A stretch of 64,000 bases of DNA, from NCBI GenBank assembly GCA_019637175.1, contig JAHBWD010000010.1:62715-126714 (forward strand). The letters run 5' to 3'. Origin of the DNA: Labilithrix sp. (lineage in GTDB: Bacteria > Myxococcota_A > Polyangia > Polyangiales > Polyangiaceae). The notes beneath the pieces were generated by a model. That model was not told the DNA's origin, ran no database searches, and saw nothing but the letters and a program-made list of their open reading frames with translations. Within the stretch, counting starts at the first letter, position 1; each line of letters opens with the position of its first letter. Shown here in pieces: positions 1 to 10,172 of the stretch. A program made the translations under genes and the position numbers.

Positions 1-1842
1 GCGACGGCGGGCGGCAACGCGTTCTACCTCGAGGAGCTCATTCGCTCGGTGTCGATGTCGTGGGTGGGCGTTCCCGCCGCGAGCGCGCTGCGCGCGCGAC
101 CCGACGGGAGCAGCGTGCGCCCGAGCCTCGACGGGCGTCGCGGCAGCCTCTCGCCGATGGCGCTCCCCGAGACCGTCCTCACGATGGTGCAAGCGCGCCT
201 CGAGGCCCTCGAGCCCGAGGCGCGCCGCGTGCTCCGCGCCGCGAGCGTCTTCGGCCAGACGTTCTGGCGCGGGGGCGTCGTCGCGCTGCTCGCGCAGGAA
301 GACAGCGACGCGCACGTCAACGCCTGGCTCGACGAGCTGTGCGTGCGCGAGATCGTGACGCGCCGCGAGCAGCCGAAGTTCCGCGGCGAGCAGGAGTACA
401 TCTTCCGCCACGCGTTCGTCGCCGAGGCGGCGTACACGATGCTGACGGACAAGGATCGCACGATCGGCCACAAGCTCGCGGCCCAGTGGCTCGAGAAGGT
501 CGGCGAGAGCGAGGCGGTGGTGCTCGCCGAGCACCTCGAGCGCGGCGGCGAGCCGAAGCGCGCGATCACCTTCTACCGCCGCGCGGCGGCGCAGGCCCTC
601 GAAGGCAACGACCTCGGCGCGTGTCTGCTCCGCGCCGATCGCGGCATCGCGTGCGGCGCGGAGGGCGAGGTGCTCGGGCGCCTCCTGCTCCGCAAGTCGG
701 AGGCGCATCGCTGGCGCGGCGAGAACGTCCTCGCCAAGGAGTGCGCGGAGAGCTCGCTCAAGCTCTTGCCGCGCGGCGGGCGTCGCTGGTTCCTCGCCGC
801 GGGCGAGGCCGTCGAGGCTTGCGCGCGCCTCGGCGATGAAGGCGATCTCCATCGCTCGGTCGACGAGCTCTGCGACGTGAGCTCCGCGGGCGAGCTCAGC
901 GCGCCTCACCTCGTCGCGCTGACGCGCGCGGCGTGCGTGCTGATGCAAGCGGGCAACTACCCGTCGGCCGACGATCTGTTGCGCACGATCGACGCGGCCT
1001 ACGAGCATGGGCGCAAAGACGACGAGGATCCGCTCGCGGTCGCGCACGTGTATCGCACGCGCGCTTACCGCGCCCACGTCGGCGGCGACGCGGCCTCCGC
1101 GCTCTCGCTCTACAACGTCGCGATCGCGAACTTCGAGCAGGCGGGCGACACGCGCGCGGCGTGCCGTCACCTCGTGAGCGCGGCGGCGGCCTGCATCGAG
1201 CTCGGCGCGTACGCCGACGCCGAGCGCGCGCTCGGCGACGCGCTCGCCTCGGCCGAGAGGATGGGCCTCTCGGTCGTGACCGCGAGCGCGTGGCACCACC
1301 TCGGGATGCTCCTCGCGCGCCTGGGAGACACGAAGACGGCGGTCGCGCGCGAGGACGCGGCGATCGAGGCCTTCGTCGCCCAGGGCGATCGGCGCATGGA
1401 AGCGGCCGCGCGGCTCTATCGCGCGCTCTTCCTCTCGATGGACGATCAGCTCGATCGCGCCGCGCGCGAGACGAACGCGGCGATCGAGGTCGCCGGGCTC
1501 ACGCCGCCGCTCCGCGCGTACGCCCTCGCGGTGCTCGGACGGATCCACCTGCTCGAGAGCGCGCCCGATCGCGCCGAGGCGCCGGCGCGCGAGGCGATGA
1601 GCATGCTCGACGCGCTCGGCGGCGTCGAGGAGGGCGAGTCGTACGTGCGCTTGACGTTCGCCGAGGCCCTCGACGCGACGGGCGATCACGAAGCCGCCCG
1701 CGACGCGATCGCGACGGCGCGCGTGCGGATCCTCGAGCGCGCCGCGATGATCCGCGATCCCTTGTGGAAGGACAGCTTCCTCGAGAAGGTGCGGGAGAAC
1801 TCGCGCACGCTGGAGCTCGCGAGGCAATGGCGGGTGGCTTAG
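1..1842 (+). CDS. 3' portion of a large AAA+/STAND-type regulatory ATPase with TPR-like helical repeats (5' end lies outside the window)
   Basis: Frame is open from base 1 and continuous with ORF 49..1842. It begins ...GNAFYLEELIRSV, a motif that typically follows the NTPase domain of MalT/LuxR/PknK-like STAND proteins. The remainder is Ala/Leu/Arg-rich helical repeats with genome-typical codon usage. Confidence 0.55.
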   Translation, partial: ATAGGNAFYLEELIRSVSMSWVGVPAASALRARPDGSSVRPSLDGRRGSLSPMALPETVLTMVQARLEALEPEARRVLRAASVFGQTFWRGGVVALLAQEDSDAHVNAWLDELCVREIVTRREQPKFRGEQEYIFRHAFVAEAAYTMLTDKDRTIGHKLAAQWLEKVGESEAVVLAEHLERGGEPKRAITFYRRAAAQALEGNDLGACLLRADRGIACGAEGEVLGRLLLRKSEAHRWRGENVLAKECAESSLKLLPRGGRRWFLAAGEAVEACARLGDEGDLHRSVDELCDVSSAGELSAPHLVALTRAACVLMQAGNYPSADDLLRTIDAAYEHGRKDDEDPLAVAHVYRTRAYRAHVGGDAASALSLYNVAIANFEQAGDTRAACRHLVSAAAACIELGAYADAERALGDALASAERMGLSVVTASAWHHLGMLLARLGDTKTAVAREDAAIEAFVAQGDRRMEAAARLYRALFLSMDDQLDRAARETNAAIEVAGLTPPLRAYALAVLGRIHLLESAPDRAEAPAREAMSMLDALGGVEEGESYVRLTFAEALDATGDHEAARDAIATARVRILERAAMIRDPLWKDSFLEKVRENSRTLELARQWRVA

Positions 1843-1947
1843 GACGCGGGTGCGCTCCAATGTCGTCTTAACGAAGTCCTTATGCCAATGCGCCAGCGGG
1901 GCCTGGACGCGGCGCGACCTGCGCCGTACATCGGGGGGTGATCAGCC

Positions 1948-4650
1948 ATGGGTGCGAGGCCGGATCCCGACGCGCTGCTCGCGCGGATCAGCGAAGGCGA
2001 GCGCCGCGCGCGGCGCGGCAAGCTGACCGTCTTCTTCGGCGCCGCACCAGGCGTGGGCAAGACCTACGCGATGCTCGAGGCCGCCCGCTTCGAGCGCGAA
2101 GACGGCCGCGACGTGGTCGTCGGGATCGTCGAGACGCACGGCCGCTACGACACCGGCGCGTTGCTCCTCGGCCTCGAGATCCTTCCGCGCCGAAAGTTCG
2201 AGCACAAAGGCGTGCTCCTCCAGGAGCTCGACGTCGACGCGTGCCTCGCGCGCCGCCCCGGCGTCGTCCTCGTCGACGAGCTCGCCCACACCAACGCGGA
2301 GGGCTCACGCCACACGAAGCGATGGCACGACGTCGACGAGCTCCTCGACGCCGGCATCGACGTCTACACGACGCTCAACGTCCAGCACCTCGAGAGCCTC
2401 AACGACGTCGTCGCGCAGATCACGCACGTCGTCGTCCGCGAGACGGTGCCCGACTCGGTGCTCGACGAGGCCGACGAGATCAGGCTCATCGATCTGCCGA
2501 TCGACGAGCTCCTCGAGCGCCTCAGGCAGGGCAAGGTGTACGTCCCGGCGCAGGCGGAGATCGCGAGCGAGCACTTCTTCCGCCCGGGCAACCTCATCGC
2601 GCTGCGCGAGCTCGCGCTGCGCATCACCGCGCAGGCGGTCGACGCCCAGATGCGTCGCTACAAAGAGGAGCACGGGATCGAGAGCACGTGGGCCGCGACC
2701 GAGCGCGTGCTCGTGTGCGTGAGCCCGAGCCCCGCCTCGTCGCGCCTCGTGCGCGGGGCGCGGCGCCTCGCGGGCAGCTTGCACGCGGATTGGATCGCCG
2801 CGTTCGTCGAGACGAGCGCCCTCAGGCTCACGTCGCAGGATCGCGCGCGCGTGGCCCGGCACCTCCAGCTCGCGCGCACGCTCGGCGCCGAGAGCGTGAC
2901 CCTCTCGGGCGAGAACGGCGCCGAGGAGGTGATCCGCTTCGCGCGCCAGCGCAACGTCACCCGCATCGTCGTGGGCAAGCCCACGCATGCCACGTGGCGC
3001 GATCGCCTCCGCGGCTCGTTCCTCGACGCCGTCGTGCGCCTGAGCGGAGACATCGACGTCCACGTCATCTCGGGCAGGAGCGACGCGCCTCGCGATCGCA
3101 CATCGCCCGAGCTTCCAGCCGCGCCGTCTCCCGCGGCCGGGTTCGTCACGGGAGCGATCGCGACCGCGATCGCGACGCTCGCGGGCATCGAGGTCATCGG
3201 GCGGCAGCACGCCGACGTGATGATGCTCTACATGCTGGCGATCGTGCTCGTGTCGCTCCGATGGGGCACGCGCGCGTCGATCTTCACCGCGATCCTTTCG
3301 GCGCTCTCCTTCGACTTCTTCTTCGTGCCGCCGTACTACACGTTCGCCGTCGCCGACGTGCGCCACGTCGTCACGTTCGCCATCATGGTCCTCGTGGGCC
3401 TCGTCGTGAGCGGCCTCGCCACGCGCGTGAAGAACCAGGCGGAGGCGGCGCGCCAGCGCGAGGTTAGGACGGCGAGCCTCTACGCGCTGAGCCGCGCGCT
3501 CGCCGCCGCAAAGACGCGCCAGGAGATCATCGTCGCGGGCACCAAGCACGTCCAAGAGGTCTTCGGCGGCAAGACCGCCGCGCTCCTGCCCGGCGCCGAC
3601 GGCGCGCTCTCTTCGCGGGTCGACGAGCCGTGGACGTACCCCGTCGACGACAAGGAGCGAGGCGTCGCCGAGTGGGTCTGGCACCACGGTCGACCCGCAG
3701 GCGCGGGATCGGACACGCTGCCTTCGGCGAGCGCGCTCTACGTTCCGCTCGAGGGCCGAGACGGGCGGCTGGGCGTGCTCGGCATCGTCCCTCCGCGACC
3801 AGACATCCTCTCCCACGATCAAGAGCGCCGCCACCTCGAGGCGTTCACCGGCCTCATCAGCGCCGCGCTCGATCGCGCGCGTCTCGCGACGCAAGCGCAG
3901 GAAGCGCAGCTCCGCGTGGAGGCCGAGCAGCTCCGCAACTCGCTCCTCTCCTCGGTCTCGCACGATCTCCGAACGCCGCTCGCGGTCATCGCCGGGGCCG
4001 CGACGACGCTCTCCGACGAAGGTCTCGCGCCGACCGCTCGCCACGATCTCGCGGAGACGGTCGTGCAAGAGGCCGAGCGCCTCAACCGCCTCGTGCGAAA
4101 CCTCCTCGACATGACGCGCGTGGAGGCGGGCGCGCTGATCATCAAGAAGGAGTGGCAGCCGATCGAAGAGGTGGTGGGCGCCGCGCTCGGCGCGGTGGAG
4201 AGCGTGCTCGGCTCGCGCCCGGTGAAGACCGACATCCCTGCCGATCTGCTGGCGCCGTTCGACGCCGTCCTCGTCCAGCAGGCCCTCGTGAACCTCCTCG
4301 AGAACGCGGCGCGCTACGGCGGCGCCGACGGGCCGATCGAGATCCGCGCGCGCCGCGCGAACGACGACGTCGAGGTGCTCGTCGCCGATCGCGGGCCGGG
4401 CATCCCCAAGGGAGACGAGACGCGCATCTTCGACAAGTTCTACCGCGCCGGAAAAGCCAAGGGCGGCGGCGCCGGCCTCGGGCTCACGATCTGCCAGGGG
4501 ATCGTCACCGCGCACGGCGGGAAGATCTGGGCGGAGAACCGCGAGGGAGGCGGCGCGTCGTTCCACTTCACCCTGCCCTTCGAGGGTGAGCCCCCACGGC
4601 TCGAGCCCCCCGAGTCGAAGCGTCACGCCGAGGAGCTCCCCGCGCCATGA
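1948..4650 (+). CDS. kdpD: Osmosensitive K+ channel sensor histidine kinase KdpD
   Basis: N-terminal KdpD domain with Walker-A-like GAAPGVGKTYAML, a USP-like region, a 4-TM block, a GAF-like region, a HisKA H-box (SHDLRTPL) and HATPase N/G boxes. 900 aa. Its stop overlaps the kdpE start (ATGA). Confidence 0.95.
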   Translation: MGARPDPDALLARISEGERRARRGKLTVFFGAAPGVGKTYAMLEAARFEREDGRDVVVGIVETHGRYDTGALLLGLEILPRRKFEHKGVLLQELDVDACLARRPGVVLVDELAHTNAEGSRHTKRWHDVDELLDAGIDVYTTLNVQHLESLNDVVAQITHVVVRETVPDSVLDEADEIRLIDLPIDELLERLRQGKVYVPAQAEIASEHFFRPGNLIALRELALRITAQAVDAQMRRYKEEHGIESTWAATERVLVCVSPSPASSRLVRGARRLAGSLHADWIAAFVETSALRLTSQDRARVARHLQLARTLGAESVTLSGENGAEEVIRFARQRNVTRIVVGKPTHATWRDRLRGSFLDAVVRLSGDIDVHVISGRSDAPRDRTSPELPAAPSPAAGFVTGAIATAIATLAGIEVIGRQHADVMMLYMLAIVLVSLRWGTRASIFTAILSALSFDFFFVPPYYTFAVADVRHVVTFAIMVLVGLVVSGLATRVKNQAEAARQREVRTASLYALSRALAAAKTRQEIIVAGTKHVQEVFGGKTAALLPGADGALSSRVDEPWTYPVDDKERGVAEWVWHHGRPAGAGSDTLPSASALYVPLEGRDGRLGVLGIVPPRPDILSHDQERRHLEAFTGLISAALDRARLATQAQEAQLRVEAEQLRNSLLSSVSHDLRTPLAVIAGAATTLSDEGLAPTARHDLAETVVQEAERLNRLVRNLLDMTRVEAGALIIKKEWQPIEEVVGAALGAVESVLGSRPVKTDIPADLLAPFDAVLVQQALVNLLENAARYGGADGPIEIRARRANDDVEVLVADRGPGIPKGDETRIFDKFYRAGKAKGGGAGLGLTICQGIVTAHGGKIWAENREGGGASFHFTLPFEGEPPRLEPPESKRHAEELPAP

Positions 4651-5345
4651 CCGACGTCCACGTCCGCATCCTCGTCGTCGAAGACGAGCCGCAGATGCAG
4701 AAGTTTCTCCGGACGAGCCTCGCCGCGGAGGGCTATCGCGTCATCGAGGCCGACAACGGCCGAGACGGCATCGACTTCGCGCGCACGCACAACCCCGATC
4801 TCGTTCTGCTCGATCTCGGGCTGCCCGACATCGACGGCATGGACGTGACGAAGGCGCTCCGCGAGTGGAGCAACAAGCCCATCATCGTCATCAGCGCGCG
4901 CGGGCGGGAAGACGACAAGATCCGCGCGCTCGATCTCGGCGCCGACGACTACCTCACGAAGCCGTTCGGGACGGGCGAGCTCCTCGCGCGCATCCGCGTC
5001 GCCGTGCGGCGAGCGGTCCACGCCGGCCAAGAGCGACCCGATCCCGAGCTCACCGTGGGCGAGCTCCGCGTCGATCTCGACAAGCGCCGGGTGTTCGTCG
5101 CCGATCGCGAGATCCACCTCACGCCGAACGAGTACCGCCTCTTCACCGTGCTCATGAAGAACCCGGGCAAGGTCCTCACCCACCGTCAGCTCCTGAAGGA
5201 GGTCTGGGGCCCGGCATACGCGACGCAGACCCAGTACCTTCGCGTGTACATGGTGCAGCTCCGCCACAAGCTCGAACGCGATCCCGCGCGCCCGCGCTAC
5301 CTCGTGACGGAGCCCGGCGTCGGCTATCGGCTGAAGGCAGAGTGA
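4647..5345 (+). CDS. kdpE: OmpR-family response regulator KdpE
   Basis: Receiver domain (VVEDEP...DLVLLDLGLPDIDG...KP) plus a C-terminal Trans_reg_C winged helix (LTPNEYRLF...GYRL). Translationally coupled to kdpD. Confidence 0.95.
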   Translation: MTDVHVRILVVEDEPQMQKFLRTSLAAEGYRVIEADNGRDGIDFARTHNPDLVLLDLGLPDIDGMDVTKALREWSNKPIIVISARGREDDKIRALDLGADDYLTKPFGTGELLARIRVAVRRAVHAGQERPDPELTVGELRVDLDKRRVFVADREIHLTPNEYRLFTVLMKNPGKVLTHRQLLKEVWGPAYATQTQYLRVYMVQLRHKLERDPARPRYLVTEPGVGYRLKAE

Positions 5346-5432
5346 GCCGCGAGGCGCGACGGGTCGCGGCGACGCGACGTCGCACGCACCTTTACGACGT
5401 CTTGATGCGGTCGTGGTTACGGTGATCGACGC

Positions 5433-5513
5433 ATGGACGTCGTGTTCGTCGGTCTCACGCTCGTTCTCTTCGGAACGACGGTCGCCCTGATCCGCCTCTG
5501 CGAGCGCGTCTGA
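5433..5513 (+). CDS. Possible 26-aa hydrophobic membrane peptide in the kdpFABC leader (MDVVFVGLTLVLFGTTVALIRLCERV)
   Basis: ATG at 5433, TGA at 5511-5513. Single predicted TM helix, 17 nt upstream of kdpF. No homology can be asserted. Confidence 0.25.
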   Translation: MDVVFVGLTLVLFGTTVALIRLCERV

Positions 5514-5529
5514 CGCGCGGAGCTCCCTC

Positions 5530-5622
5530 ATGAACGTGCTCTACGTCGCGGCGGCGCTGCTCGCCGTCGCGCTCCTCGCCTACCTCGTCTTCGCGATGCT
5601 CGCGCCGGAGAAGCTCTCGTGA
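5530..5622 (+). CDS. kdpF: K+-transporting ATPase small subunit KdpF (30 aa)
   Basis: The 30-codon ORF encodes [30 protein letters not shown], a single TM helix with a C-terminal PEK tail like actinobacterial and proteobacterial KdpF. Its TGA stop overlaps the GTG start of kdpA (GTGA). Not present in the supplied ORF track. Confidence 0.7.
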   Translation: MNVLYVAAALLAVALLAYLVFAMLAPEKLS

Positions 5623-7358
5623 CGGCCAACGGCCTCCTCCAGTTGATCGTCTTCTGCGCGACGATCGCGCTCGCCGTGAAGCCCCTCGGCGGCTACATGG
5701 CGCGCGTCTATCGCGGTGAAGCGAAGATCGCGCGGCGGATCGTCGGGCCCGTCGAGCGCCTCGTCTATCGCGTCGCCGGCGTCTCGCCCGAAGAGGAGAT
5801 GACGTGGAGCAAGTATGCGCTCGTCGCCGTCTCGTTCAACGTCACCGGCGCGCTCACGGTCTACGTCCTTCAGCGCGCGCAGGGCTTCTTGCCGCTCAAC
5901 CCGATGCGCGCCGGCGCGGTCGCCCCCCACGCGGCGTTCAACACCGCGGTGAGCTTCGCGACCAACACGAACTGGCAGGCGAGCTCCGCCGAAGCGACGC
6001 TCAGCAACCTCACGCAGATGCTCGGCATCACCGTGCAGAACTTCACCTCCGCGGCGACGGGGATGGCGGTGCTCGTCGCGCTGACGCGCGGCCTCTCACG
6101 CAAGACGACGCCGACGCTCGGGAGCTTCTGGGTCGATCTCGTGCGGAGCACGCTCTACATCCTCCTACCGCTCTCGCTCGTCGTCGCGTTCGTGCTCGTG
6201 TCGCAGGGCGTCGTGCAGTCGTTCGCCGCGCCCGCGAGCGCCTCGCTGCTCCAAGCGACGAAGGACGTCGAAGGGCGCGCCGTCGCGCAGCAGGCGATCG
6301 TGCTCGGGCCGGCGGCCTCGCAGATCGCGATCAAGCAGCTCGGGACCAACGGAGGCGGCTTCTTCGCCACGAACGCGAGCCACCCCTTCGAGAACCCGAC
6401 GGGGATCTCGAGCTTCGTCGAGGTCGTGTCGATCCTCCTCGTCCCGGCGGCGCTGTGCTGCACCTTCGGCAGGCTCGTGAGGGACGCGCGCCAGGGCTGG
6501 GCCCTGCTCGCCGCGATGGTCGTCCTCTTCCTGCCGCTCCTCTTCTTTTGCATCACGCGCGAGCACGTGGGGAGCCCTGCGCTCGCGGGTCTGCCCGTCG
6601 ATCCGGCCGGCGGCAACATGGAGGGCAAGGAGGTGCGCTTGGGCGTCTTGGGATCGGCGCTCTGGGCCACGGCCACGACGGCCGCTTCGAACGGGTCGGT
6701 CAACGCGATGCTCGACTCGTTCACGCCGCTCGGCGGCCTCGTTCCGATGTGGCTCATGCAGCTCGGCGAGGTCGTCTTCGGCGGCGTCGGCTCCGGCCTC
6801 TACGGCATGTCGATGTTCGTGATCGTGGCGGTGTTCGTCGCCGGGCTCATGGTCGGGCGCACGCCCGAGTACCTCGGCAAGAAGATCGAGGCCTACGAGA
6901 TGAAGATGGCGTCGCTCGTCATCCTCGTTCCGCCGGCGCTCGTCCTCGTGGGCACGGCCGTCGCGTGCGTGACGGACGCGGGCCGGGCCGGCGTCTCCAA
7001 CCCGTCGGCGCACGGCTTCAGCGAGATCCTCTACGCGTTCTCGTCGACCGCGAACAACAACGGCAGCGCGTTCGCCGGCCTCCGCGCGAACACGCTCTTT
7101 TACGACACGATCCTCGGCGTGTGCATGTTCGTCGCTCGCTTCTGGCTCATCGTGCCCGTGCTCGCGCTCGCCGGCTCGCTCGCGAAGAAGAAGCGCGTTC
7201 CCCGCACCTCGGGCACGCTCCCCACGCACACGCCGCTCTTCGTCGGCATGCTCGTCGGAACGATCGTGATCGTGGGCGCCCTCACCTTCATCCCCGCGCT
7301 CGCGCTGGGCCCGATCGTCGAGCAGCTCGCCGGCGCGCGGGCGGGAGCGGCGCCGTGA
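5619..7358 (+). CDS. kdpA: K+-transporting ATPase subunit A (KdpA)
   Basis: 579-aa polytopic membrane protein with characteristic KdpA N-terminus [28 protein letters not shown] start overlaps the kdpF stop. Confidence 0.95.
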   Translation: MTANGLLQLIVFCATIALAVKPLGGYMARVYRGEAKIARRIVGPVERLVYRVAGVSPEEEMTWSKYALVAVSFNVTGALTVYVLQRAQGFLPLNPMRAGAVAPHAAFNTAVSFATNTNWQASSAEATLSNLTQMLGITVQNFTSAATGMAVLVALTRGLSRKTTPTLGSFWVDLVRSTLYILLPLSLVVAFVLVSQGVVQSFAAPASASLLQATKDVEGRAVAQQAIVLGPAASQIAIKQLGTNGGGFFATNASHPFENPTGISSFVEVVSILLVPAALCCTFGRLVRDARQGWALLAAMVVLFLPLLFFCITREHVGSPALAGLPVDPAGGNMEGKEVRLGVLGSALWATATTAASNGSVNAMLDSFTPLGGLVPMWLMQLGEVVFGGVGSGLYGMSMFVIVAVFVAGLMVGRTPEYLGKKIEAYEMKMASLVILVPPALVLVGTAVACVTDAGRAGVSNPSAHGFSEILYAFSSTANNNGSAFAGLRANTLFYDTILGVCMFVARFWLIVPVLALAGSLAKKKRVPRTSGTLPTHTPLFVGMLVGTIVIVGALTFIPALALGPIVEQLAGARAGAAP

Positions 7359-9448
7359 CGCCTCGCAGGCCCGTCGCCCTCTTCGAGCGTTCGATCGTGA
7401 AGCGCGCGCTCGTCGACGCGTTCAAGAAGCTCGATCCTCGCCACCAGATCCGGAATCCCGTCATGTTCGTCGTCGAGGTCGTGAGCCTCCTCACGACGGT
7501 GATCTTCGTGCTCGCCCTCGCGGGCAAGGGCGAGCACGCGATCGGCGCGGGGTTCACCTTCGCGATCTCGGTCTGCCTCTGGTTCACCGTCGTCTTCGCG
7601 GGGTTCGCCGAGGCGATGGCCGAAGGGCGCGGCAAGGCGCAGGCCGAGAGCCTTCGCCGCGCGCGAAGAGACATCCAGGCGAAGAAGCTCGCGGAGCCGT
7701 CGCCGCACGCAGCGCTCTCGATCGTCTCGTCGGCGGCGCTCCGGAGGGGCGACGTCGTCTTGATCGCGGCGGGCGACGACGTCCCGTGCGACGGCGAGAT
7801 CCTCGAGGGCGTCGCGTCGGTCAACGAGGCCGCGATCACCGGAGAGAGCGCCCCGGTGATCCGCGAGGCCGGCGGCGACCGCAACGCCGTCGTGGCGGGC
7901 ACCAAGGTGCTCTCCGACTGGATCGTCGTCCGCGTCTCCGCCGATCCGGGGCAGACGTTCCTCGATCGCATGATCTCGATGGTCGAAGGAGCGAAGCGCC
8001 AGAAGACGCCGAACGAGATCGCGCTCGACATCCTGCTCGCGGCGCTCACGATCATCTTCCTGCTCGCGACGGCGACGCTCTTGCCCTTCTCGATCTTCAG
8101 CGTCGAGGCCGCGGGCGCGGGCCGGCCGGTCGCCATCACGGTCCTCGTCGCGCTGCTCGTCTGCCTCATCCCGACGACGATCGGCGGCCTCCTCTCCGCC
8201 ATCGGCATCGCCGGCATGGATCGGATGATCCAAGCGAACGTGATCGCGACGTCGGGACGCGCGGTCGAAGCGGCGGGAGACGTCGACGTCCTCCTGCTCG
8301 ACAAGACGGGCACGATCACGCTGGGCAACCGGCAGGCGACGAAGCTCCACCCGGCGCCGGGCGTGACGGAGGCCGAGCTCGCCGACGCCGCGCAGCTCGC
8401 GTCGCTCGCCGACGAGACGCCGGAGGGTCGGAGCATCGTCGTCCTCGCGAAGGAGAAGTTCGGCATCCGCGAGCGCGGTATCCGCGAGCTCGGCGCCGTC
8501 TTCGTGCCGTTCACCGCGCAGACGCGGATGAGCGGCGTCGACATCCCTGCGGGCCCGTCGAGCGCGGCGCGCGAGCTGCGAAAGGGCGCGTCGGAGTCGG
8601 TCGAGCGATACGTCGCTGCGCGCGGCGGCGCGTTCCCCGCCGCCGCGACCGCGATCGTGAGGAAGATCGCGAAGAAGGGCGGCACGCCGCTCGTGGTCGC
8701 CGAAGGCCCGAGGGTGCTCGGCGTCGTCGAGCTCAAGGATGTCGTGAAGGGCGGGATCAAGGAGCGCTTCACCGAGCTTCGAAGGATGGGGATCAAGACG
8801 GTGATGATCACCGGCGACAACCCGCTCACCGCCGCGGCCATCGCGGCCGAGGCCGGCGTCGACGACTATCTCGCGGAGGCGACGCCGGAGGCGAAGCTCG
8901 CGCTCATCCGCGAGCACCAGCGCGGCGGCCGCCTCGTGGCGATGACGGGCGACGGCACGAACGACGCGCCCGCGCTCGCGCAGGCCGACGTCGCCGTCGC
9001 GATGAGCTCGGGGACGCAGGCGGCCAAGGAGGCCGGCAACATGGTCGACCTCGACTCGAACCCGACGAAGCTCATCGAGATCGTCGCCATCGGCAAGCAG
9101 ATGCTGATGACGCGCGGCGCGCTCACGACGTTCAGCATCGCCAACGACATCGCCAAGTACTTCGCGATCATCCCCGCGGCGTTCGCGGTCACGTATCCCC
9201 AGCTCGACACGCTCAACATCATGCGCCTGACGACGCCGGAGAGCGCGATCCTGAGCGCGGTCATCTTCAACGCGCTCATCATCGTCTTTCTGATCCCGCT
9301 CGCGCTCCGGGGCATCTCGTTCGAGCCGATCCCGGCCGCGCGGCTCTTGCGCCGCAACCTCCTCGTCTACGGCGGCGGCGGCGTCATCGTCCCGTTCGTC
9401 GGGATCAAGCTGATCGACGTCGTCCTCGACCTCCTCCACCTGGCGTGA
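7355..9448 (+). CDS. kdpB: K+-transporting P-type ATPase subunit B (KdpB)
   Basis: GTG at 7355 overlaps the kdpA stop (GTGA). P-type ATPase motifs are present: [21 protein letters not shown]. The track only shows this as part of a frame-fused 1214-aa ORF starting inside kdpA. Confidence 0.95.
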   Translation: MTPRRPVALFERSIVKRALVDAFKKLDPRHQIRNPVMFVVEVVSLLTTVIFVLALAGKGEHAIGAGFTFAISVCLWFTVVFAGFAEAMAEGRGKAQAESLRRARRDIQAKKLAEPSPHAALSIVSSAALRRGDVVLIAAGDDVPCDGEILEGVASVNEAAITGESAPVIREAGGDRNAVVAGTKVLSDWIVVRVSADPGQTFLDRMISMVEGAKRQKTPNEIALDILLAALTIIFLLATATLLPFSIFSVEAAGAGRPVAITVLVALLVCLIPTTIGGLLSAIGIAGMDRMIQANVIATSGRAVEAAGDVDVLLLDKTGTITLGNRQATKLHPAPGVTEAELADAAQLASLADETPEGRSIVVLAKEKFGIRERGIRELGAVFVPFTAQTRMSGVDIPAGPSSAARELRKGASESVERYVAARGGAFPAAATAIVRKIAKKGGTPLVVAEGPRVLGVVELKDVVKGGIKERFTELRRMGIKTVMITGDNPLTAAAIAAEAGVDDYLAEATPEAKLALIREHQRGGRLVAMTGDGTNDAPALAQADVAVAMSSGTQAAKEAGNMVDLDSNPTKLIEIVAIGKQMLMTRGALTTFSIANDIAKYFAIIPAAFAVTYPQLDTLNIMRLTTPESAILSAVIFNALIIVFLIPLALRGISFEPIPAARLLRRNLLVYGGGGVIVPFVGIKLIDVVLDLLHLA

Positions 9449-9456
9449 GGGATCGC

Positions 9457-10056
9457 ATGAGCTCCGCTGCGTCCATCCTCCGTGCCTCGGTCACGATGCT
9501 CTTGGCGCTCACGCTCGTCACCGGCGTCGCCTATCCCCTCGCGGTGACGGGCTTCGCCCGCGCATTCTTTCCCGAGCGCGCGGGCGGCAGCCTCTTGCGA
9601 CAGGGCGGCGTCGTCGTGGGCTCGCGGCTCATCGGCCAACCCTTCGACGATCCGAGCTACTTCTGGGGCCGCCCCTCGGCGACGACGCCGTTCGCGTACG
9701 ACGCCGCGGCCTCGCGGGGCTCGAACCTCGGCCCGACCAACGCAGCGCTCACCGCCGCCGCCCGCGCGCGCATCGAGGCCCTTCGCCTCGCCGATCCCGA
9801 CAACACGGCGACCGTCCCCGTCGATCTCGTCACCGCCTCGGGCAGCGGCCTCGATCCCCACATCAGCCTCGCCGCCGCCGAGGTTCAGGTCCGCCGCGTC
9901 GCCCGCCTCCGCGGCCTCTCCGAGTCACGCGTCCGCGCGATGGTCCAAGCGCACACGGTCGAGCGCGGCCTCGGCATCTTCGGCGAGCCCGCCGTCGAGG
10001 TTCTTCCCCTCAACCTCGCCCTCGACGCCGAGGCTCCCAACCCATCGAGGCCGTAG
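9457..10056 (+). CDS. kdpC: K+-transporting ATPase subunit C (KdpC)
   Basis: ATG at 9457, 9 nt after the kdpB stop. 199 aa with an N-terminal TM helix and the conserved ...PFDDPSYFWGRPSA... and GSGLDPHIS motifs. The track shows it only as the tail of a frame-fused ORF. Confidence 0.9.
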   Translation: MSSAASILRASVTMLLALTLVTGVAYPLAVTGFARAFFPERAGGSLLRQGGVVVGSRLIGQPFDDPSYFWGRPSATTPFAYDAAASRGSNLGPTNAALTAAARARIEALRLADPDNTATVPVDLVTASGSGLDPHISLAAAEVQVRRVARLRGLSESRVRAMVQAHTVERGLGIFGEPAVEVLPLNLALDAEAPNPSRP

Positions 10057-10172
10057 AGAGAGGAAAGGAGAGGCGCGGAGACGCGGAATTGTTCCTGTTC
10101 TCGTCGATCGCAGCAGCGAGAGCACGCGAGCAAGAAGAGCTCCGCGCCTCCGCGCCTCTCTTTCCTGTCTCT
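10057..10172. terminator. Long imperfect inverted repeat between convergent kdpC and kup; probable bidirectional terminator or structured element
   Basis: The left arm AGAGAGAGGAAAGGAGAGGCGCGGAGACGCGG at 10057-10088 pairs with the right arm CTCCGCGCCTCCGCGCCTCTCTTTCCTGTCTCT at 10140-10172, with about 50 nt between them. It shares a roughly 25-nt core (GAAAGAGAG-G/A-CGC-G/T-GAGGCGC) with the element at 29859-30185. Confidence 0.45.

Noticed and set aside
1843-1947. Possible c-di-AMP (ydaO/kimA) riboswitch ahead of kdpD, or in the 109-nt spacer between the two kup genes (12071-12179)
   Set aside because: K+ transporters are classic ydaO targets, but both leaders are only about 105 nt and I could not recognise the conserved two-fold-symmetric core. 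Not supported from sequence alone.
1938-4626. ORFs 1938..3467 (+), 2305..4626 (-) and others overlapping kdpD
   Set aside because: Arg-rich and alternative-frame or antisense to the well-supported kdpD gene.
5391-5423. Direct repeats TTTACGAC / GTTACGGT as a KdpE binding site in the kdpFABC leader
   Set aside because: The 25-nt spacing does not fit OmpR-family tandem half-sites (about 10-11 nt), and it overlaps the putative 26-aa ORF. Too weak to call.
5804-10056. Track ORFs 5804..9448 (1214 aa) and 7786..10056 (756 aa)
   Set aside because: Their N-terminal halves are nonsense read through kdpA and kdpB in another frame. Only the parts from GTG 7355 (kdpB) and ATG 9457 (kdpC) are genuine.
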